The notes beneath the pieces were generated by a model, which searched no databases, was not told where the DNA came from, and saw only the letters and a list, made by a program, of their open reading frames with translations. A stretch of 63,032 nucleotides of DNA, filler included, from Lenisia limosa (taxonomy: Eukaryota; Protista; Breviatea), in NCBI GenBank assembly GCA_001655205.1. It is 17 parts of 17 records of this genome, joined end to end, with 100 filler letters (N's around TTAATTAATTAA, not from the genome) between each part and the next. Parts side by side here need not be neighbours in the genome. Positions count along the whole stretch, not along the records: positions 1 to 7,013 come from LPNZ01003265.1; positions 7,114 to 9,701 come from LPNZ01008981.1; 15 more parts are not named here. One strand, 5' to 3'. Position numbers and translations under genes: made by a program. Positions 1-9,801 of the stretch are shown here, one piece after another (position 1 is the first letter of the stretch; each line of letters begins with the position of its first letter).

Positions 1-222
1 GGGGAGAGGGGCGAAGAGAACTGTGGGGTATTAGATCTGTGATCTATTGCCCTTTGTTTTCTATTCTTTACATTCTCTCAAGCCCCGCGCGCCTCTTCTC
101 ATACCGTTTGATATTTTGTTGTTGCTGTGACTTAGTCTTTCAATTTTGATACTGCAGAGTTAATTTTGCTTTTTTTTTTATTATTATTATTATTGTTTGT
201 TTCAATCTTGTTCCATTTTTAC

Positions 223-279
223 CTTTGATTCTGGGGTTTTTTTGTTTCATAAATTTTCCTCGCTTTACCCCCCCCCCAG
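223..279 (+). repeat. Family B 3' tail acting as splice acceptor
   Basis: TTGATTCTGGGGTTTTT.GTTTCATAAATTTTCC..TTTACCCCCCCCCCAG, immediately followed by a PIPK exon. Confidence 0.8.
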
Positions 280-1315
280 ACTGGACTGACGCGGAGTAAT
301 GTGTCACTCCATGCCGGGCTATGTCTTTTGACCGAGGCTGGTGACTCAGCGTTCTGCGAAAACGAAAAACGTGGGGGGGGGGATAATTTATATCTATGCA
401 ACAGTTTTCTATTAACTGTTAAATGTTTTCTGTCTACTTCCTACTTCCCATAATGTAACTCGCAATAAATAGTCACTCACTACACCCATGATATTGACAC
501 TATAGTGGATCCTGAGGAAGCAGATTCGCATACTTGGCAACCCAGTATCTCAAGAGTGGTTTCCAGCGCTGACGGCATGACCAGATACCATCTTGGCCTT
601 ATTGACTTGCTACAAGTGGGGGGGGGGGGACGCGGNNNNNNNNNNNNNNNNNNNNNNNNNNNNNNNNNNNNNNNNNNNNNNNNNNNNNNNNNNNNNNNNN
701 NNNNNNNNNNNNGTATTGCTAGCCAACAGAATTGTTTTTGGCTTCTTTTTTTATTTGTTTCATAATTTCCAATTTTACTCCCCTAGCGATATACGGTACA
801 AAAGAAGGTGGAAAGATTCCTCAAGAAGGGCCTTTTACGGGAGGTTTGCAGCCATATTGTCAATATTGCTTAATCTATCGATAATATTCTGTATTTTTGG
901 GGGTTATTGCTCTTTGTTGCTACATTTCTCTGGTTATTGCTCTTTGTTGTTACATTTCTCTGGTTATTGCTCTTTGTTGTTACATTTCTCTGGTTTATGC
1001 TCTTTGTTACTACATTTCTCTGGTTATTGCTCTTTGTTGCTACATTTCTCAGCTTTTACTTCCATGCATCTTTTGATAATAATGCCAAAATACAATTCAT
1101 TTCTATTATTCTGATCTTTCTTCGTTCTCCATCCAGCATTCCAATCTATTCAAGCCTTGCCGCCTCGTCACTACCAACAATCATTTATATAACACCCCAT
1201 CCATCGTTTACATGACCCGCAGGCCGAAACAACATCAACTTCACCGGACCAATACGCTGCCCGATTTCTGCGGTTTGTGGACGAGGTCGTGGTGGAAGCC
1301 GAGGCAACAGTGTAG
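280..1315 (+). CDS. Phosphatidylinositol phosphate kinase (PIP5K/PIPK family), C-terminal exons; 5' part outside window
   Basis: Exons 280-370, 506-615, 787-843 and 1223-1315 join in frame via GT-AG introns to ...YHLGLIDLLQ|RYTVQKKVERFLKKGLLRE|AETTSTSPDQYAARFLRFVDEVV...*. This matches the PIPK motifs YxxGIIDxLQxY, KKxExxxK and SxxxPxxYAxRF. Confidence 0.85.
616..786 (+). mobile_element. Family B copy apparently forming a whole intron of the PIP-kinase gene
   Basis: GT-G-run-GGGACGCGG (B head), an N run, then GCCAACAGAATTG...TTTCATAATTTCCAATTTTACTCCCCTAG. The flanking exons join in frame (LQ|RY). Confidence 0.7.
902..1050. repeat. 30-bp intronic minisatellite, 5 copies
   Basis: Unit GGTTATTGCTCTTTGTTGCTACATTTCTCT, within the last PIPK intron. 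Confidence 0.9.
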
Positions 1316-1600
1316 ATTGCTGTCGGATTTGTCATTCGGCCGCAGTTGGATATGGTTTCTTATTCTGATTTTATGGTTAATGTAACATTATATTTAATTT
1401 TTCAATTTGAGGGTGACCAAAAAGGGGGGGTGCAGCTTGTTTGAGATTGTATGGTATTGTTGTTCGAGCTCGCCCTTGTTCCATTTTGAAAACAACCTCA
1501 TATCTAATAACGGGTAAATCGCAGGGGAAACGATGAATCAAGGAAGAGAAATAAGACAAGAAACAAAGCCCTATCTTAATGAGGGCTTCTCACCATAATA

Positions 1601-4600
1601 CTAAAACACAGTGTCGAAATCGAAGGTGTTCGAAGATGCTGCGGTTGGCTCAGTAAACTCAATGTCTCCAAAAGCATCGTTCTGAGACTGGGTGAGGAGG
1701 ACATCGAAATGTGTAACACTCTAATCTTCTCTCCAGAAAGACAATATGATATGATAATATCTTTTGTAATAAGTAATTCACATCATATAACCCACCAAAA
1801 CCCTAAGATATACTTCCCCCCCCCCCTAATGACAAACACAAATCNNNNNNNNNNNNNNNNNNNNNNNNNNNNNNNNNNNNNNNCCATCATTATTCATCCC
1901 TAATGAAATACTCCCCATTCACCTGTTCAGCTTTCTGCTGGTTGCAATTGGGAGAGTCCGAAGAAGTGGGGGCCTGATGTATGAGACGGAAGAAGAGTGC
2001 AATATATGGACAAGGAAGAATTTCACAGTAAAGACGTACTTATGTCACACAATGAATAAAGAGAAGAAAAAGGAGCAAATGTCAGCAGCAATTTCAATCA
2101 AAGATAAACAAAAAAAAAAAAGAATAAACCTGCAAAAAGCAAACCAGCAAATCTCCAAAGCCAGAAAACATGTCAACGCTCGATTTGGAAACTTCCTCTT
2201 TCGTCCCGAAGATATCCAGGTCCTGTGTGGCATAATCAAACGCAACGGGCGCGGCCGGGGTGGATGGCGAAAAGGTGATGTCTTCAAAGAGGTTGTTCGG
2301 ATCTTTTGGTGCGGCGGCAACAACAGGGGGTTCTGGGGGGCTCATTACTGCGGGCTGGGCGAAAACAGTAAATGTATCCAGGGGTCCCGGGGCGATAGCC
2401 TGGCTCGGAATTTGTGTTTCAGCTGGGGTTTGGAAGGGGTCTGAGGATTGCTGGGTGAAAATATCGGCAGAGTTGGGTGGGGGGATGGATGAAGATTGGG
2501 GATGGAAGGAAGGAGGGTGGGAGGGGACTGAAAACGGAGCCTTCACATCGACTTCGGAGAATATATTCCTGGGGGTCTGAGGTTTCGGCACAAACAAATC
2601 TGCGGATGGCTCGGAAAAAAGGTTCGTTACTGGGTCCGGATGTGCCTCTTTTTGAGCTGAAAACAGGTCCGAACCTTCGGCCTGACCAATGGGGGGTGTG
2701 ATGGCTGATGATGGCGATTCTGGCTTGGTGAGTGAGAAACAGCTGAAAGCTCCGGGGGATTCTGGGGTAATAGAGGAGGAAACATTGTCACTCAGAGCTG
2801 TGGGGAAAAGGTCCTGTTTCTCCTCCGTTTTGGCTGTTTTTGGAGCGAAAAGGTCGTTGAAAGAGTCTTTGGAGAGATCTGGTGATCCAGTGGGCACTAC
2901 GGGCGAGGAAAACAAATCCTCGTCACTAGCCACCTCGGGAGCCGCCGAGGTTGACTCCTTTTCAGGAAGGGGAAAGAAGGAGTTCAGATCCGCGGCCGAA
3001 ACCTCCAGCCCGACTTGCTCAGCTGACGTTGAGGGCTCCGTGGCGGCTTGGTTTAATGAGTTGGAACTGCCATTTTGGGTGGCGGTTTGGCTGGTGTCGG
3101 TAATGTCAGAACTGTGGATCGTGTCGGAACTTTGAGGCTGGCTGAAGAGGGCAACCGGTGTGGCCTCGGTGGAGGATGAGAACATGTCTGTTGTTGACTG
3201 CTCGGATGAAGACTTCGGAACTGCATCGTAGTCAAAATCTTCCGGACTGAGGTCGGAATGCTTCACGCAAGGCTTGGCAAAATCAGTGAAATCATCACTT
3301 GGTGATGATGAGGGTTGGGCGAGTGACTGCGTGGTGTCCGTCTTTGCGAAGAGGTCATCAAACGATCCGATCGGAGTGTCCGAAAGGGAGGCTGAGAAAA
3401 ACATGTTGGGTGACTCGATGGAGGATAAGACCTCCTGCGAAGCGAAAAGACCGTCAAAGCTAGTTTCGGGACTGGTGGGAGAGAAAAGGTCCTTTTTACC
3501 ACCTTGAGGCTGCGTAGCGAAGGGATCCTCAGAGTGAGCGGGTGGAGCGGATTGGGATGAGATTTCGCCTTTGTTAATATCTTCTTGGGAGGAAGCAGGC
3601 TCGGATTGAATAGGGCTGGGGGGGTCAAAATGAATTTCCTGAATAGTATCTCAAATATCAATGTTCCGACTCGCACGTTTATAGAGATATTATTATAGTA
3701 CAATTGATACATACAAATATAAGTAAATTAATATGTTAGATTTCACAAGGGTTATACATCAGAATCCAAGCCCCTCAAACACTATTGAATCATCATTAAT
3801 GTCTTCAACAGGAGCATCACCGCTGGAGGTCTGAAACATCAAGGCTAATAAAGTATGTACTGTATGCGAAACGACAAAAAATAAAAACAATTCTCATATG
3901 ATATTTCTGGTTGGAAAACCAATACGTGAAATATATACAACCATGCCTACAGGAACAGACGCAAATGAACCGTCAGTAACGTTGTCAGAAATACCGGAGC
4001 CGAATACGGCAAAAGGATCAGTGTGATTGTCAAGGGGTGTGGGCTCGGACTGGGGTGTGGGTTTGGAAGGAACAAGGGTGGTTTTGAAGGCCGATGATGG
4101 CGAAGGGACTATCGGTATGTCAGCTGAGGAAGACGGACGTTCGGAGGATTGGACAGAGAACAGTTCGGAAGCCTTCGGAACTGTCGGTTCGGAAGTGAAT
4201 AAATCAGACTCAGGCGGCGACGATGAGGCTTTGTTTGCAGCTAATAGGAGGGTTACATTGAACTGAAAGGAATCTTCAGTATTTTTAGGCAAAAAGATAT
4301 CCGGAGATTTATTCAAACCTGAGGATGCAGGAGCTGCAGCTGTGGAGAGGGCTTCTTGTTTTGATTCTTCCACAGGTGAGGATGTTTCATCGTCTTCAAA
4401 AAGAGAAATATCTTGTTTCCGAGAGGAGAAGAGATCATCTTGTTTATCTTGAGAAGGGGAGAAGAGATCACCTTGTTTCTCTGGAGAGAATATATCATCT
4501 TCTTGCTGTTTCTCTGAAGAGAAGATGTCCTCCTGTTGATCTTGAGAAGGGGAGAAGAGATCACCTTGTTTCTCTGGAGAGAATATATCATCTTCTTGCT

Positions 4601-5840
4601 GTTTCTCAGTTGAGAAGATGTCCTCTTGTTGATCTTGGGAAGGAGAAAAAAGATCACCTTGTTTCTCTGTAGAGAACTTATCATCTTCTTGCTGTGTCTC
4701 TGTAGAGAAGAGATCACCTTGTTTCTCTGTAGAAGGGGAGAAGAAATCTTGTTGATCTTGAGAGGAAGGGAAGAGATCTTGCTGCTCTATTGAAGGGGGG
4801 ATGGCATCGGTAAAGGAAGTTTCATCAAATGGGCTTGCCTCCTTGCTAAACAAATCAGGCCCCTGATCAGCCTCTTTTACAGCGAAAACACCTGGCATTT
4901 CCTCTTGGGAGGCAGCAAATACGTCTTCGTGACTGGCGAATAAATCATGCGAATTTTTTTGCTGGAACAAATCAGCAGCATCATCACCCTCGGTTAACAA
5001 GTTGGAGTCCTTCGACGGCGAAGTGGAGCCGGAGTGGTAGTTGTTCGGGGCTGTGGAGAAGGGATCCCCGGAAGCATCGGGGGAGAACGGGTCAATATTC
5101 TCGTTGGAAGTGGAAAAGAAGTCTTGGTCCTTCTCGGGAACTGAGGAAAATGGATCTTGGGCGGGAGTGTCAGAAAAAGGGTCAATTTGGGGTGCGGGGC
5201 TGTCAGAAAAAGGGTCAACATTATCCACTTCCTCGGGAGTTTTGGACAGGCCGAATGTTGATTCCGGGGACCCGGCAGACTCCGGCGAGGCAAACTGCAG
5301 GTCCATGCTGGATGCGGATGGGATGTCGAGGTTTGACGCTCCAGCAGAGTCAACCGGCATGAGAATGGAGGTCAAGTCAAACGGCAGTGTCGAAGACGGC
5401 GGCGTGGGTGAGGAGGCTGGGAGTGGATCACTTTGCATGAGGTCAATTAGACAACTTTGATCTTGTGATCCAGTTTGGGGGGTAGAAATCGAGGGGAGCG
5501 CCTCTCCGAAGCCCGCAAAGGGGTTTTCGATATCCATCGGGTCAGCCTGGATGGATGGTGTTTCAATTTCAACGTTCTTCAAGGGGGATTCCAAAACAGT
5601 CACCTGTTGCTTGGGGGGCTCTTGAACGGATTTGGAACCTTCCTCTTTTGGAAGTTCCGTTTTAGGCATTGAAGGCACCTCCTGAATGGAAGGGACGCTT
5701 AATGGACTGGGTGTTGGCCGTGCCGGGAACTGGACTGGAACAAACGAGGGTGTTGGCGACCTTTGCGGCCTTTGCGTGCATGAATTGCGTCGTGCAGCTG
5801 GGGGGTGAGGGCGACATATTTTAATATTTGTACATATCAT
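1601..5840 (-). CDS. Very large acidic Ser/Pro-rich low-complexity protein with dozens of DPF/DLF/DIF/FxxF motifs (endocytic accessory/adaptor-binding-like); multi-exon
   Basis: ORFs 3894-5840 and 2094-3404 plus linking exons (about 3405-3620, 1915-1975, 1601-1710; stop TAG at 1601-1603). Repeated DPFS, DLFS, DIFS and DFF motifs in a disordered background. Confidence 0.75.
4400..4740 (-). repeat. 93-bp (31-aa) coding tandem repeat
   Basis: EKQGDLFSPSQDQQEDIFS(S/T)EKQQEDDIFSP, about 3 copies. Confidence 0.85.
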
Positions 5841-6049
5841 ATCTCATCATAAAAATAACTAAAAAAAGGCGCGAAGTCCTTCCTCGTATTTCTCCCATTT
5901 CACATCTCCACTTTATATAACCAAAATATGTTCTAGTGTGCCCTTCCTCCCACTACCCCCCTCATTTGACATGCCCTTCCTCCCACCAGCACCCCCCTCA
6001 CATAGTAAATGAATGATTACGTATCAAACATAGCCCACATACACACATT

Positions 6050-6505
6050 CATCAAACACCAAACCCACCAGCGTCTCTGAGGACAGAGCGAGTCGGCTGG
6101 TAAGGTACGAGGTTGGACAGGACAGCCTTGGCCTCGCTTGAGGGGATCGTCTCTGAGTAGACGTTCTCATTATTCCTGGAGGCGGCGGATAAACATTTCC
6201 ATTCTGACTGGGTGGGGAAAATGGAAAATAAATGAAACAAAAAAACACAAAACACCCACGGGTTTGAAAACAACAACAAATCCTTGGTCAACTTTCAGGT
6301 CAAAACACTATTAATTATATTTTGGGAGGGAGGGGGAAGTGTTAGCACAATATTTCCAATATTTAGGAACATCCTCCCAACAATCCCTCAAAGTTTCCTC
6401 TATACCCACATAAGGAACCCGCAGGATATGCAGCGATTGATGCTTTCAGGTGAGCAACAGCTACAATTCGGACAAGTGACCACTTTTGCGTTCCTGAGGA
6501 TATGA
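6050..6505 (-). CDS. Exons probably upstream of the DPF-rich gene, including a Cys-rich zinc-ribbon-like segment
   Basis: Acceptor ...ccccacccAG at 6208-6209 precedes ENVYSETIPSSEAKAVLSNLVPYQPTRSVLRD. 6410-6500 reads ILRNAKVVTCPNCSCCSPESINRCISCGF (CxxC...CxxC). Linkage to the DPF gene is inferred. Confidence 0.45.
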
Positions 6506-7013
6506 GAGGCTTTGTCATACAGTGGTTATGCTGAATGTAATAACTTCGGAGCCCGATGAAAAGCGTATTTATTGAGAAAAGAATTGCAAGATTCATGGCC
6601 ACAGCCAGATATAAACTATTTCACATTATATTTATTTTCACATCAAACAAGAAATGGATTCAGCCGATTAATAGGCGCTATTTGATACGTGATGTATGCC
6701 AGTCAATTGATATGATAAGTAATAAATAGGCGACGGTTAACATTTGATGTGGAGAGATAGAAAAAATTTATTTGTCATTTGATAGGTAATAGTCAATTTT
6801 AGGGTTCTCACTTAAAGTTATTTGCCGAAGTCATCCACTGTCTTCTTCCAATAGACTTCAGCTCTGCAAGTGTCAGAATATGGAAAAGTTACAGTATGTC
6901 AAGGATAATGTGTTGATATGATCAAATACTGTATATGAAACATTTTATGTGTCAAAGATATGATGGTAACAGGGCAGTTAAGTTGAAGTTGAGAGGTGTG
7001 GGGGGGGGGGGGG

Positions 7014-7113
7014 NNNNNNNNNNNNNNNNNNNNNNNNNNNNNNNNNNNNNNNNNNNNTTAATTAATTAANNNNNNNNNNNNNNNNNNNNNNNNNNNNNNN
7101 NNNNNNNNNNNNN
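7014..7113. other. Artificial assembly spacer 44N-TTAATTAATTAA-44N (first of 16)
   Basis: Identical 100-nt structure with the linker starting at 7058, 9746, 11302, 14122, 23753, 25616, 36121, 38559, 40922, 45631, 47118, 54962, 56329, 58401, 59706 and 61324. The linker has stops in all six frames. Confidence 0.95.
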
Positions 7114-7161
7114 TTGGGCTTTTTTTTGTTTCATAAATTCCAATTTTACCCCCCCCCCCAG
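7114..7161 (+). repeat. Family B 3' tail/acceptor
   Basis: TTGGGCTTTTT.GTTTCATAAATTCCAATTTTACCCCCCCCCCCAG. Confidence 0.8.
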
Positions 7162-7257
7162 GAATGCTATCATCAGTCAAGGTCCTCTTGCCGATCACAG
7201 CCAATCGGGTCAGAAGCCGTAGTTTTGCAGCGTATCGCCCCGTGACGTCAAGAAGGT
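7162..7257 (+). CDS. Isolated exon, unknown protein
   Basis: Follows a family-B acceptor (poly-C AG at 7160-7161), has an open frame MLSSVKVLLPITANRVRSRS..., and ends at a GT donor. Confidence 0.35.
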
Positions 7258-8043
7258 CAGCTTTTTACATCTCATCTTAATATCTCTTGTAAACGTGATG
7301 CTTTAGGATAATACCTTTTCTCAAAAACTCGGTATATTACTACCAGTGACAAGTACCAGTGTCGCACCCATAGTATCCCTTATTCCCCTTTCTTAAATCA
7401 AGCTATTTCACCGCTACTGATATCATTTTTCCAAGCTATTTCACCGCTACTGACATCCATTCAGTCGGTCGTCAACTCTGGGTATACAGCCTCCCACTCC
7501 AGACCTCAGAATCCGTGCACAACCATCAACTATCAACAACAGAGGTGGGAGGGGANNNNNNNNNNNNNNNNNNNNNNNNNNNNNNNNNNNNNNNNNNNNN
7601 NNNNNNNNNNNNNNNNNNNNNNNNNNNNNNNNNNNNNNNNNNNNNNNNNNNNNNNNNNNNNNNNNNNNNNNNNNNNNNNNNNNNNNNNNNNNNNNNNNNN
7701 NNNNNNNNNNNNNNNNNNNNNNNNNNNNNNNNNNNNNNNNNNNNNNNNNNNNNNNNNNNNNNNNNNNNNNNNNNNNNNNNNNNNNNNNNNNNNNNNNNNN
7801 NNNNNNNNNNNNNNNNNNNNNNNNNNNNNNNNNATTATTTACGGTCGCGACGTGGTATTATACATATAGTATATGAAGGGAAATAAAGAAAAAAATAATG
7901 CTAAGCATTGGGAAAAGAGGCCTATTCCTACCAAGTGAATCACTATGGCTGACAACCCAGAACAAAGATAATACTAATAACCCTCACCTTCAACTAGGGA
8001 AGTGAACCGCAATTTTTCCAGATATATTGCTAACACAGTTCAG

Positions 8044-9494
8044 ACTCCGGCTGGACCCCCCTTCATGCCGCCTCCGTTGCAGGCCATAAACGGACGTGTC
8101 TGGTGCTACTGGACAAGGGGCATCCCATCAACGCCATCGATATCACCGTAGGCTGTTTTGCTGGAAGGGTTCACTGAAAAATGTAACAGATATCAATGAT
8201 ATATGGAGATACTCCGATTGTATTGGCAGCGGAAATAAGGCGATCTAACTTATAGGGTCAAACCGCACTACACACCGCAAGTGCGAATGGAAGAGACAGC
8301 TTGACTGCCGCTTTACTCCAGCGAGGAGCCAGGCCGGATATCAAGGTGGGGGGTATGCGGATAATGTGGTATCAATATTTTGTCTTTTCTCACAAAAAAA
8401 ATAGTAAAACTGTCATATTATTTTCCTCGAAGCGTCCACTCAATGCAATCAGGATAATGAAGGAAAAACCCCCCTGCATCTTGGAGGTGAATGGGGGCAC
8501 CCTGTCCTCTCCCGTTCCCTCGTAGCCAAGGGCGCCAATGTCGATGGACTTGATAACAATGTTGGAGGAGTACACTGTTGATGACCTCGATAGTGCTTTG
8601 TTTTTTGGAGCAAGAGAAATAATATGATATATACATTAGAAACCTAGTGTTTATCATACAGTGTAAGCTCTCGAGGGCAGAACGTAATGCTTCTTTCCTA
8701 GTTTTGCCTTAATATTTTGGGCTTTTTTTGATCACATCCAATCCTGACTTCCTAGTCCTGCACTCCCCTGCTCCTCGCAGCCAAACTTCGCCACCCTGAC
8801 ACAGTCATTGCCCTCCTCAAACAGGTGAGCCAAATATACTGTAACCTCGTGGCTGACTTTTTTGTCCTTACATCGCTATTGTAGCCATCTGATACTCTAG
8901 TCGTATATTTTTATTGCTTAATACAGCATCTCAATCCGAAGCCTTACATTCCCATTCTCATGAGCAGGGTGCACAGACCAACATTCGAGATTCGACTGGC
9001 GCCACCGCTCTGCACTATGCGGCGCAGTCGTGTGTGGCGGCAGCATGTCGTANNNNNNNNNNNNNNNNNNNNNNNNNNNNNNNNNNNNNNNNNNNNNNNN
9101 NNNNNNNNNNNNNNNNNNNNNNNNNNNNNNNNNNNNNNNNNNNNNNNNNNNNNNNNNNNNGAATGCTATGTTCAATACAAATGTGGAGAATTGAGAATTG
9201 TGTACAAGGAGGTTACGATGCAAATAATTGATGAAAATACGGTGGCCGTGGGCAGTCTTGACAGATTTTTCTGAGGAGAAACTGTTTCAATCGGTCAAAA
9301 CTTCTCTCGGTCAAATATCATTCTCATCAAGACCCTCTGGCCAGGCACAAGGCTTGGTTTTATCATCCTTATCAAGAGCTGTGTCCAGGCTCTGAGACTT
9401 GACCGCTGCAGTTGCGCTTGTGAAGGCTGGTTCGGATGTCAGTCTCAAGGACTCTGAAGGCGCTACTGCCCTCCATCTCGCGGCATTGAGGGGT
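8044..9494 (+). CDS. Ankyrin-repeat protein (multi-exon, partial)
   Basis: Exons translate to GWTPLHAASVAGH, GQTALHTASANG..LLQRGARPDIK, CTPLLLAAKLRH, GAQTNIRDSTGATALHYAA and GSDVSLKDSEGATALHLAALRG, which are canonical ankyrin consensus segments. Confidence 0.87.
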
Positions 9495-9627
9495 TAGGGG
9501 GTCGTCTTGTGTGTCCCTCCCCCCCCTTTTTTTTTTATTTTTTTTTTTACTGCTTACAGACATATTCTTCTATTACTATTCGCATCGATAGCTATCAAAT
9601 CTACCCCAAGATTCCCAGATAATACCT

Positions 9628-9701
9628 CAGTGTTATCAGCCAACAGAGTTGATTTGGGCTTCTTTGTTTCATAAATTATCCAATTTTACCCCCCCCCCCC
9701 C
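9628..9701 (+). repeat. Family B 3' half
   Basis: GTTATCAGCCAACAGAGTTGATTTGGGCTTC..GTTTCATAAATTATCCAATTTTACCCCCCC. Confidence 0.8.
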
Positions 9702-9801
9702 NNNNNNNNNNNNNNNNNNNNNNNNNNNNNNNNNNNNNNNNNNNNTTAATTAATTAANNNNNNNNNNNNNNNNNNNNNNNNNNNNNNNNNNNNNNNNNNN
9801 N

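Noticed and set aside
902-1050. Regular 30-bp repeats as a CRISPR array or transmembrane ORF (907..1215, 593..1114)
   Set aside because: The units are contiguous with no unique spacers, no cas genes are present, and the array lies inside a spliced intron. The ORFs are repeat artefacts.
2260-5672. Plus-strand ORFs overlapping the DPF-rich gene (for example 2689..3135, 5041..5460)
   Set aside because: Antisense shadows of a low-complexity coding strand, with no independent motifs.
7058-7069. Recurrent palindrome TTAATTAATTAA as a biological motif (piggyBac TTAA site, regulatory element)
   Set aside because: Always centred in exactly 44 N on each side; it is a six-frame-stop scaffolding linker.
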